Assembly: GCA_031387085.1 (NCBI GenBank)
Contig: JANNCY010000141.1
Coordinates: 1,265 to 65,264, forward strand
Origin: Flavobacteriales bacterium
Lineage (GTDB): Bacteria > Bacteroidota > Bacteroidia > Flavobacteriales > Flavobacteriaceae
Length of the DNA stretch: 64,000 bases
Direction: 5' to 3'
Position numbers and translations under genes: made by a program. Of the stretch, positions 19,798 through 28,059 are shown piece after piece (within the stretch, counting starts at the first letter, position 1; every line of letters starts with the position of its first letter). Below the pieces are notes generated by a model. It was not told the origin of the DNA. It was given only the letters and a program-made list of their open reading frames with translations, and searched no databases.

Positions 19798-21096
19798 ATG
19801 AGCACAATTAAAATTAATAGCCGAAAAAACATTTTTATTCTATTATTTTTTTTCTTTTTTCTGGGTGCAAATGCACAGACCGTAAGCACATTGGCAGGAA
19901 GCGGTACAAATGGTTTTGCTAACGGCACGGGAACTACAGCACAATTTAGTTATCCTTATGGGGTGGCTTTAGATGCTGCTGGAAATATTTACGTAGCGGA
20001 TAGAAGTAATAATCGCATCCGGAAAATTACGACTAATGGGGTGGTAACCACCTTAGCTGGGTCTGGCATAGCAGGTTTTGCTAATGGCACGGGGACCGCT
20101 GCACAATTTAACTTACCAATTGGCGTGGCGACTGATGCTTTGGGGAATGTTTATGTAACGGATATGGCAAATAATCGTATCCGAAAAATTACTGCTACTG
20201 GGGTGGTAACCACCTTGGCTGGTTCTAGTATAGCGGGTTCTGCTGATGGAACGGGGGCGTCGGCACAATTTGCCAATCCTGGGGGCATAGCTGTAGATGT
20301 TGCTGGGACTGTTTATGTAGCGGATTCTTCTACTAATCGCATCCGGAAAATTACGGCTGCAGGGGTGGTAAGCACCTTGGCAGGAAGTACCCCAGGTTAT
20401 GCCGACGGCACAGGGACCTCAGCACAATTTTTGTATCCTTGTGGCGTGGCTTTAGATGCTGTCGGGAATATATTTATAGAAGATTCCGGTAATAATCGCA
20501 TCCGCAAAATCACAGCTGCAGGGGTGGTAAGTACCTTGGCGGGAAGTACTTCTGGTTATTCAGATGGTACGGGAACGGCTGCACAGTTTTACGTGCCTTG
20601 TGGTGTGGCTGCAGATGCTGCTGGGAATGTTTATGTAGCGGAAAATGGTAATAATCGTGTCCGAAAAATTACGGCAGCAGGGGTTGTAACCACTCTTGCA
20701 GGAAGTGGTGCTCAAGGGTTCACTGACGGCGAAGGAACTGCAGCACAATTTTACTGGCCTTATGGCGTGACTATTGATGCTGTCGGGAATATATTTATAG
20801 GAGATTCAGGTAATCATCGCATCCGTAAAATTTCGGGTGTTTTAGGAACTGCCAGTTATTCTCATAATCAAATATCAGTTTATCCAATCCCCACCACATC
20901 TATAATTAATATTGATTTAGAAGATATTACAGTTACCAAAACTATAATATTTGACCTGAATGGAAGGGTCGTACAATCTGAAAATATTGTTGATAATAGA
21001 AGCAATCTTAATATTAACCACCTTGCCAATGGGATTTATTTGATGCAAATAATTACGGATAAAGGAATGATTACTAAAAAGATAGTTAAGAATTAG
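19798..21096 (+). CDS. Secreted NHL-repeat six-bladed beta-propeller with a T9SS type A C-terminal sorting domain
   Basis: Signal peptide; six ~53-aa repeats (V.TLAGS...GTG..AQF..P.G.A.D..GN.Y.AD..N.RIRKI); C-terminal ISVYPIPT...IFDLNGRVV...GIYLMQI...KKIVKN. Confidence 0.9.
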   Translation: MSTIKINSRKNIFILLFFFFFLGANAQTVSTLAGSGTNGFANGTGTTAQFSYPYGVALDAAGNIYVADRSNNRIRKITTNGVVTTLAGSGIAGFANGTGTAAQFNLPIGVATDALGNVYVTDMANNRIRKITATGVVTTLAGSSIAGSADGTGASAQFANPGGIAVDVAGTVYVADSSTNRIRKITAAGVVSTLAGSTPGYADGTGTSAQFLYPCGVALDAVGNIFIEDSGNNRIRKITAAGVVSTLAGSTSGYSDGTGTAAQFYVPCGVAADAAGNVYVAENGNNRVRKITAAGVVTTLAGSGAQGFTDGEGTAAQFYWPYGVTIDAVGNIFIGDSGNHRIRKISGVLGTASYSHNQISVYPIPTTSIINIDLEDITVTKTIIFDLNGRVVQSENIVDNRSNLNINHLANGIYLMQIITDKGMITKKIVKN

Positions 21097-21111
21097 AAGA
21101 TGACAAACAAC

Positions 21112-21242
21112 GCCCAACTTCTACTTCCTGCATTAGGGTTTTGGGCAAACACCGATATTTGTCTTATGTTTATTTATTTGAGTGATTAATTGAGATTTAG
21201 TGTATACTTTTCCCCATATGAGGAAGCAGTAATCCGTTGCTA
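21112..21242 (+). mobile_element. attC-like palindromic cassette-junction element 2
   Basis: GCCCAAC (fits RYYYAAC)-TTCTACTTCCT ... AGGAAGCAGTAA-TCC-GTTGCTA; 131 bp; begins 16 nt after the NHL stop. Confidence 0.55.
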
Positions 21243-21274
21243 GAAACCCTCCGAAAAACAAAAAATAAAAACGA

Positions 21275-21797
21275 ATGGAGCATATAATCACAAAAAGAAT
21301 GACCTTAGACGACTTGGAAAAGTTGCAAAAAATAGGGCGAAAAACTTTTGAAGAAACGTTTTCAGAATCAAACTCTGAAGAAAACATGATAAACTACCTT
21401 GAAGAAGGATTTCCAAAGAAAAAATAACCGCAGAATTGAATGATAAAAACTCAGAGTTTTACTTTGCTGCATTGGAAAAAGAAATAATAGGATATTTGAA
21501 AGTCAATTTTGCAGAATCACAAACCGAACTGAAAAACAGTAAAGCTCTAGAAATCGAGAGAATCTATGTTTTAAAAGACTTTCATGGAAAAAGCGTCGGA
21601 CAATTACTGTACGATATAGTAATCGAGGTTGCTAAACAAAAAGATTCCGAATATGTTTGGTAGGTGTTTGGGAAGAAAATCCAAGAGCGATAAGTTTTTA
21701 CAAGAAAAATGGCTTTGTAGAATTTGATAAGCATATTTTAAAATTGAGCGACGATGAACAAACATACATAATGATGAAATTGAAACTGGAAGACTAA
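21275..21797 (+). pseudogene. GNAT N-acetyltransferase (PaiA/spermidine acetyltransferase-like), broken by two single-base deletions
   Basis: MEHIITKRMTLDDLEKLQKIGRKTFEETF...EEGF, shift at about 21410-21413, then ...LEIERIYVLKDFHGKSVGQLL...YVW, shift at 21660/21661, then GVWEENPRAISFYKKNGFVEFDKH...KLED*. 523 nt equals 525 minus 2. Confidence 0.88.
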
Positions 21798-21806
21798 AAA
21801 GGTAGC

Positions 21807-21848
21807 CACTAATAGCGGTTATAATCTATTGCTAGTGTTGTGTTAGTG
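21807..21848 (+). mobile_element. Short or internally deleted attC-like element 3
   Basis: CACTAAT-AGCGGTTATAATCTATTGCTA...GTTAGTG. The left arm is homologous to element 1 (AACAGCGGTTACATTCAATTGCTA); the ends are 6/7 complementary. Confidence 0.5.
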
Positions 21849-21864
21849 ATTTTGTTTTGAAGTT

Positions 21865-23055
21865 TTATTTCTCAAACATTCCAACGGTCCCGCCAACCCA
21901 ATCCTTGTCTTTGTTGAATTTTACGCCAATCATTTCACCACGACTCAAACGCACTAAATTAGTCACTAGAGTAGGAGATGGTGCGTCCTTTTTCCAAACG
22001 GCTAATAAGCGCACTTCTGCTTTAACTTTTCCGTCGGGTGATTGAATTACCGGTTTGTAATTGACTTTTTTCTGAAGTATATACAAGTCTTTTTCGGTAA
22101 CTGCTTCAATATCTTCTCGTTTCACATGAAAAATAACGCCTGTTCCCGAAAAAGAAAACAACGGTTTTAAAACATAATTTTCCAAATCGGATGGAATTTC
22201 TTTTAAATCGCTCAAAAGGGTCGTTTCGATAAAGTATTTTCCTTTTATGTACGGTAAAATAAATTTACTAATTCTGAAAAACCAATTCGGATGACCTGCC
22301 CATTCTACATCCAAATCATCGGAAAAATCGAAGTTTAAATTTAAGTCGGTTCGTAAATCCAATTCGTCAAAAATCACACGGTTGTAAATGCGTTTGATTT
22401 GGATTTCATATCCGTCAGCATTTGTATAAAATAATTGTTTTCCACTTTTGATTACCTGAGTAACACAAACAACTGGAATTCCAAAATCGCGTTCACAGTA
22501 GTTAAAATCAATTTGCGTATTTTGCTTTTCTGGTTCTATTTCCATTAGAATAACATTTTCTTTTGGAAGGTGATTGCAAATAGCATCTTCAACAATTTGC
22601 AAATAATCATCTTTAGAAATTCCATTAAAAAATGGCGTCAAATCCGATAGAAAAGGATAATGCTTCACAAATTTCTCAGCCAAATTGTATTGAAAATTAT
22701 ACAAAGAAGGAAAGCCCTGCACTTCAATTAGTTTTGGAATAATATCTCCGTTTTCTTCACAAATTCCGAAATCAATAGCTAAAAAAGTAGTGTGATTGTC
22801 TTCATTGGGTACTTTTCGGTTGAGTTCTAACGCTTTGTTGGTTAACGATAAAAAATCGTCTCTTTTAATAAAATTAATAACTTCATTACTCGCTTCAATT
22901 AATTGGGTTTTTAAGGAATCTGGAATAAAAAACGGTGTTTCTCCAATCCTAAAAGTTACTTTATAATCAAAGTCGGAAGTAATATCATCGATAAATGCTT
23001 CGTATTTATCAGTTGAAAAATTATCGTTGAAAAGTGCTCTGTATTTTTGATTCAT
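21865..23055 (-). CDS. Putative ATP-grasp-like amide ligase (glutathionylspermidine-synthase / circularly permuted ATP-grasp-like)
   Basis: DFGI...KLIEVQGFPSL, WAGHPNWFFRISK, YVLKPLFSFSGTGV and YILQKKVNY resemble ATP-grasp elements; assignment is tentative. Confidence 0.6.
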   Translation of the reverse strand: MNQKYRALFNDNFSTDKYEAFIDDITSDFDYKVTFRIGETPFFIPDSLKTQLIEASNEVINFIKRDDFLSLTNKALELNRKVPNEDNHTTFLAIDFGICEENGDIIPKLIEVQGFPSLYNFQYNLAEKFVKHYPFLSDLTPFFNGISKDDYLQIVEDAICNHLPKENVILMEIEPEKQNTQIDFNYCERDFGIPVVCVTQVIKSGKQLFYTNADGYEIQIKRIYNRVIFDELDLRTDLNLNFDFSDDLDVEWAGHPNWFFRISKFILPYIKGKYFIETTLLSDLKEIPSDLENYVLKPLFSFSGTGVIFHVKREDIEAVTEKDLYILQKKVNYKPVIQSPDGKVKAEVRLLAVWKKDAPSPTLVTNLVRLSRGEMIGVKFNKDKDWVGGTVGMFEK

Positions 23056-23070
23056 ACTATTTTATTTTAC

Positions 23071-23108
23071 CACAAAAGGCACAAAAAATTTTCTTATTGT
23101 GCCTTTTG
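23071..23108. repeat. 9-bp-period CACAAAAG inverted element
   Basis: CAAAAGGCACAA (23073-23084) and TTGTGCCTTTTG (23097-23108) form a 12-bp perfect inverted repeat. Confidence 0.7.
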
Positions 23109-23145
23109 ATTGCTTTATTTTATTGTTGTTGAATACGTTTCAATA

Positions 23146-23976
23146 TTAATTGGACAACATTTTTTTATGTTTCATCAAATCATTAATAGCAATTCTTAAA
23201 AAATTCGGAATGATTGTTTCGTTGGTTTTGAAGATTTTTTCTTCATCCAATAAATCTTCCAACATATTTCTAAATTTCGTTTTGCCTTTCATCGCAATAA
23301 TCTTTTCTCGGCGTTCCTTATTTTTTAAGTTGGCGATAAAACTCATGGGATCGGCTTCGGGATGAAATTGAACACCAACAAAATACTCATTAAAACGAAC
23401 TCCCATAATGGCACGTTCGTAATCGCCTCTGTGATTTCTTATTTTTTCGAGGGAAATAATTTGCGCTCCTTTTTTCTTAAAGATACTTAACTTTGGCTGC
23501 ACCACTTGATAATCACGACTGTCAATAGCGTAAAACGGATTTGGCAAACCTTCAAAAATAGGATCGTTCATTCCGGCTTCTGTTTTATGCATGGTCATAA
23601 CGCCAAAAGATGTTGATTTACGTTTAGTAATTTGAGCTAATCCAAAGTGATAACACGCCATTTGAAAGGAATGACATATAAATAATACGTGTTTTTTTAT
23701 TTTATTTTTGGAATTCCAATCCGACAATTGATCAATAAAATCATAGTATTTTAAATCCCAATTTCCGTTTCCTTCAAGCGGATTTCCTGGTCCGCCTGTA
23801 GAAATATAAATATCAAATTTTTCAATATTTGGAAACTGACTTTTTCCCCTCACATCAAAAATTTGAAAAGTAACTATTTGGTTAAATTTATTTATAATAT
23901 CGAGTATACAACGCATACCTTGATTAGGCTCGCCATCGTACATGTCTAAAATTGCTATTCGAATTTGATTGCTCAT
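23146..23976 (-). CDS. Class I glutamine amidotransferase-like protein
   Basis: STGGPGNP oxyanion strand, FICHSFQ nucleophilic Cys and QFHPE His-Glu; TACATTTG promoter at 24003-23996. Confidence 0.88.
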   Translation of the reverse strand: MSNQIRIAILDMYDGEPNQGMRCILDIINKFNQIVTFQIFDVRGKSQFPNIEKFDIYISTGGPGNPLEGNGNWDLKYYDFIDQLSDWNSKNKIKKHVLFICHSFQMACYHFGLAQITKRKSTSFGVMTMHKTEAGMNDPIFEGLPNPFYAIDSRDYQVVQPKLSIFKKKGAQIISLEKIRNHRGDYERAIMGVRFNEYFVGVQFHPEADPMSFIANLKNKERREKIIAMKGKTKFRNMLEDLLDEEKIFKTNETIIPNFLRIAINDLMKHKKMLSN

Positions 23977-24064
23977 TATTTATAATTTGGTAACACAAAT
24001 GTAACCTTTTAAAAATCCAACTAGTAGTTTTCTATGTTCAGTTATTAATAATTTCATTAACAAT

Positions 24065-25174
24065 TTAGAGTCCTTTTACAAACTCACTAGTAATCAAATC
24101 AACTACTTTGGTTAAGTCGTTTGTTTTTTCAAAAACAGCTAATTGTTTGTCGGCACCCGTTCCTTCTTTTAAAATCGTATGCACATAATTGATTTGTTCT
24201 CTGCTTCCTAATTCATCAACAACATCTTCAATAAAATCGAGCAATTCTAAAATTAATGATTTGGTTTCGACTTCTTTTTGCAGACCAAAATCAATCATAT
24301 TACCTTCAATTCCGTAACGTGCCGCTCTGAATTTGTTTTCTTTTATCAAAGCAATTCGATACATATTAAAGCTGGTATTGGACGTATTTAAACGGTATAA
24401 TTTAGCTACAATTGCCTGAATAATAGCTACAATACACATGGCTTCATCCACCGTTAAGCTCATGTCGCAAATGCGAAATTCAATGGTGTCATAAAAAGGA
24501 TGCAAACGTAAATCCCACCAAATTTTCTTCGGATTATCAATACAATTGGTTTTCACCAACGTATCTAAATAATTGTCATACGATTGTACGCTATCAAAAT
24601 ATTCGGGTAAACCTGTTCTAGGAAATTTGTCAAACACTTTGGTTCTAAACGATTTATAACCTGTATTTCGTCCTTCCCAAAAAGGGGAATTAGAAGACAA
24701 AGCAAAAATATGTGGCAAAAAATAACACGCCTGATTCATCAATTGCAAACCAATATCGCGATTCTCGATTCCGACATGACAATGCATTCCGAAAATTAAA
24801 TTCGAACGAGCAGCATCTTGCAATTCATTAACAATCATGTGGTAACGCGGATCATCTGTAATTGGCTGATCTTGCCAACGAGAGAAAGGATGCGTTCCGG
24901 CACCGCCAACTACCAAGCCTTGTTTATCGGCCAATTCTACGATTTTACTTCTCAGAAATCGAAGCTCACTGTTGGCTTCAGCAACATTTTGACAAATATT
25001 AGTTCCAACTTCCACCACCGATTGGTGCATTTCCGCCTTCACTTGTTCGTTCAGAATAACTTTAGCGCCATCAACAATTTTTGATAAATGCGAACGCAAA
25101 TCACGAGTTTGCGGGTCGATAATTTGGTATTCTTCTTCTACACCGAGGGTGAATACAGGTAATTTTTTTGACAT
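24065..25174 (-). CDS. Carboxylate-amine ligase, YbdK/GCS2 (glutamate-cysteine ligase 2) family
   Basis: TLGVEEEYQ, HQSVVEVGT, GTHPF, FGMHCHVG, SSNSPFW, WWDLRLHPFYDTIEFRICD and ENKFRAARYG motifs. Confidence 0.93.
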   Translation of the reverse strand: MSKKLPVFTLGVEEEYQIIDPQTRDLRSHLSKIVDGAKVILNEQVKAEMHQSVVEVGTNICQNVAEANSELRFLRSKIVELADKQGLVVGGAGTHPFSRWQDQPITDDPRYHMIVNELQDAARSNLIFGMHCHVGIENRDIGLQLMNQACYFLPHIFALSSNSPFWEGRNTGYKSFRTKVFDKFPRTGLPEYFDSVQSYDNYLDTLVKTNCIDNPKKIWWDLRLHPFYDTIEFRICDMSLTVDEAMCIVAIIQAIVAKLYRLNTSNTSFNMYRIALIKENKFRAARYGIEGNMIDFGLQKEVETKSLILELLDFIEDVVDELGSREQINYVHTILKEGTGADKQLAVFEKTNDLTKVVDLITSEFVKGL

Positions 25175-25186
25175 AATACTTATTTT

Positions 25187-25292
25187 TAGTGTTCAGTGCT
25201 CAGTGCTCAGTGTTCAGTTTGTTTAAATTAAATAACACCTATTAATTTCTATTTGGTAATTATTATAATTGATTACTGAACACTGCCAACTA
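25187..25292. repeat. Inverted heptamer array (CAGTGCT)n ... (ACTGAAC)n
   Basis: TAGTGTT CAGTGCT CAGTGCT CAGTGTT CAGTT at 25187-25219; ACTGAAC ACTGCCA ACTA at 25275-25292. Confidence 0.8.
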
Positions 25293-26231
25293 TTTTGCAG
25301 CATCTTTAATAAATGTTCCCCAAGTCAAATTCATTTGTCCAGGTTTTTGTTTTTTAGCAGCAGCAATTGCCATTTTAGCTGCAGCTTCTACAACCCATTC
25401 GAAATTTTCTGGACCAACAGAAGTGAATTCGGCATCGGGAGCTGGATTTCCAAAATCAATAGCATATGGAATTCCGTCACGAACGGCAAACTCTACCGTA
25501 TTGAAATCATATCCCAATCCTTGACAAAGACGAATCGTATAGTCTTTTACTGTTGCTAATAATTTCTTGTCGGTTGGTGGTCCGTCTAAAACATAACGTA
25601 AATGATGTGGATTTCGTGGTTCGTATTGCATGATATGAACGTCTTTTCCGCCAAGACAATACACCCTGAAATATTCGGTAAACACAATTTCTTCCTGCAA
25701 CATCATTACAAGTTGTCCGGTTTCTCTATGTTTTTCCCAAAATTCTTCTTTGTTTTCCAATCGGTACACACTTTTCCATCCACCACCAGCATAGGGTTTC
25801 ATGTAGGCAGGAAATCCGATATAATCGAAAATTCCTTCCCAATCCATTGGAAATTTTAAATTTCGAAACGATTTGGAAGTAGTATCTGTTGGATGTTCTG
25901 CAGAAGGAAGAATCACCGTATTTGGTAACGGAACTCCTAAAGTATCCGCCAATGCATTATTGAAAAACTTATCATCGGCACTCCACCAAAACGGATTATT
26001 GATGACGTTGGTTCCAGTTAAAGCTGCATTTTTTAAATACGCTCTGTAAAACGGAACATCTTGTGAAATTCGATCGATGATTACAGCATATTCACCACCT
26101 TTGTTTTGGACTACTTTGTCGATAGAAACGGCTTCTGCAATTATTCCTTTTTCATTTTTTGAATTGACTCTTTCTATAAATGCGTAGGGAAAGGTGTCTT
26201 CCATTCCGAACAATATTCCGATTTTTTTCAT
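25290..26231 (-). CDS. RimK/glutathione-synthase-type ATP-grasp ligase
   Basis: INNPFWWSADDKF, FPAYMKPYAGGGWKSV, LQEEI and DFNTVEF...AIDFGNP motifs. Confidence 0.85.
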   Translation of the reverse strand: MKKIGILFGMEDTFPYAFIERVNSKNEKGIIAEAVSIDKVVQNKGGEYAVIIDRISQDVPFYRAYLKNAALTGTNVINNPFWWSADDKFFNNALADTLGVPLPNTVILPSAEHPTDTTSKSFRNLKFPMDWEGIFDYIGFPAYMKPYAGGGWKSVYRLENKEEFWEKHRETGQLVMMLQEEIVFTEYFRVYCLGGKDVHIMQYEPRNPHHLRYVLDGPPTDKKLLATVKDYTIRLCQGLGYDFNTVEFAVRDGIPYAIDFGNPAPDAEFTSVGPENFEWVVEAAAKMAIAAAKKQKPGQMNLTWGTFIKDAAK

Positions 26232-26259
26232 TTTGTAAGCTTTAGTATTTAGACTTATT

Positions 26260-26970
26260 TTAAAATTTAATTTTTGATAAATAGTGAGGAAACATTTCCT
26301 TCCAAACCGGCCAATCGTGTTGTTTATCCTGTCGGATGTCTAACCAATGTGGAATGTTTCGTTGTGATAAAATCGAACTGAGTTTTAAATTGGCATCCAA
26401 ACAAATATCCCAATTGGAAGTTCCCAATACAATATCCATTTTCCAAATTTCTGGATCATTTGCACCTTGAATAAAATCTTCTGGACTGTTGAAATACACA
26501 TCATTGTCCCAATAACCATCCATAAAACTTTTGATGGAAAATGAACCACTCATCGAAAACAAATGACTAACATAACCTGGATGACGAAAGGCAAAATTCA
26601 ACGCTTGATATCCTCCAAAACTACAACCTGCCACCGCTACTTTTCCAGCACCAGTATTGTTTCGAACCCGTTCGACAATTTCGTGACAAATCATTTTATC
26701 GTACCAGGTGTGATTTTTTATTCGTTGTGCCGGATGAATTTTTTTGTTGTAAAAACTATCTTTATCAATACTACCAGGACAATATATCTGAATCAATCCT
26801 TGCTCAATATACCATCTTGCACTTTCGATAAGGCCTTGATCTTTATTTTCATGATAACTTCCCATAGAAGTAGGAAATAATATGACTGGGTAGCCAGCAT
26901 GTCCAAAAACGAGCATCTCGATTTCTTTATCTAAATTTGGTGAATACCATTTGAAATGTTCTTCTTTCAT
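26260..26970 (-). CDS. Putative esterase (alpha/beta hydrolase)
   Basis: FGHAGYPVILFPT, AGCSFGG nucleophile elbow and HDWPVW catalytic His. Confidence 0.85.
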   Translation of the reverse strand: MKEEHFKWYSPNLDKEIEMLVFGHAGYPVILFPTSMGSYHENKDQGLIESARWYIEQGLIQIYCPGSIDKDSFYNKKIHPAQRIKNHTWYDKMICHEIVERVRNNTGAGKVAVAGCSFGGYQALNFAFRHPGYVSHLFSMSGSFSIKSFMDGYWDNDVYFNSPEDFIQGANDPEIWKMDIVLGTSNWDICLDANLKLSSILSQRNIPHWLDIRQDKQHDWPVWKEMFPHYLSKIKF

Positions 26971-27213
26971 AAAAAACTTTTATTTTAACAATTATAGTGA
27001 AAAAATCAATAATAAATTAAAAAAAGACTAGTAATACTAAATTAATTTTGATATTTCAAATAATTCAAATGAATATTGACAACAATTTAATAAACCTTCT
27101 TTTTTTTGACACTAAACCGCATTATATCTAACTTTTTAGGCAATGAAATAGACAAGTAAAGTACGTATTTGCAACATTTAGTTTTAAAAATTGTAACTTT
27201 ATAAGAAAAAGCA

Positions 27214-28059
27214 ATGTTTTCAACGATTAAAATAACGAAAGACTATATTCAGAGTTTGTACCAACCCATACAAAAAGACAGCCATAAAGGAATTCAAGGT
27301 CACGTTTTGTTAATTGGTGGGAGTTATGGAAAAATGGGCTCGGTTTGTTTATCAAGTAAAGCAGCTTTGCGAAGTGGTTGCGGATTGGTAACCGCTTTTA
27401 TTCCGGGATGTGGTTATGAAATTATACAGATTGCTGTTCCGGAAGCAATGGTCCTATCGGATAAAAATAACACTGTGATTACTAGAATACAATACGATTT
27501 TACACCGAATGCGATTGGTATCGGAATGGGAATGGGACAAAACTCGCAAACTCAAAAAGCGCTTTATGATTTTTTAAAAACGAATGCTGTTACATTGATT
27601 ATTGATGCTGATGCTTTAAACATTTTATCACAAAACAAAGAATGGATTTCATTACTAAGCAATAAGACAATTCTAACGCCTCACAAAAAAGAACTGGAAC
27701 GTTTAATTGGTACTTGGAAAAACGATGAAGAAAAGTTAGAAAAAGTAATCAAATTTTCCTCTGAAAATAATTTGATAATTGTCATTAAAGGCGCGCCAAC
27801 ATTACTAGTATATAAGAGTACAATCTATGAAAACACTACTGGAAATCAAGCCTTGGCCACTGCAGGAAGTGGCGATGTGTTAACCGGAATAATTACCAGT
27901 TTGGTAGCACAAAATTATGAACCTTTAAATGCGGCGATTTTGGGAGTGTACCTTCAAGGATTGACCGCCGATATCGCTTTGCCTGAAACAGGATATGAAT
28001 CGTTTATCGCTTCTGACATCATCAGTTATTTAGGAAAAGCTTTTTTAAGTCTACGCTAA
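27214..28059 (+). CDS. nnrD: ADP-dependent NAD(P)H-hydrate dehydratase (YjeF C-terminal domain only)
   Basis: [29 protein letters not shown] and [11 protein letters not shown] motifs. Confidence 0.9.
   Translation: MFSTIKITKDYIQSLYQPIQKDSHKGIQGHVLLIGGSYGKMGSVCLSSKAALRSGCGLVTAFIPGCGYEIIQIAVPEAMVLSDKNNTVITRIQYDFTPNAIGIGMGMGQNSQTQKALYDFLKTNAVTLIIDADALNILSQNKEWISLLSNKTILTPHKKELERLIGTWKNDEEKLEKVIKFSSENNLIIVIKGAPTLLVYKSTIYENTTGNQALATAGSGDVLTGIITSLVAQNYEPLNAAILGVYLQGLTADIALPETGYESFIASDIISYLGKAFLSLR

Noticed and set aside
19876-20835. Regular ~160-bp DNA repeats that could be mistaken for a CRISPR array
   Set aside because: They are in-frame coding NHL blades with synonymous variation. There are no unique spacers and no cas genes.
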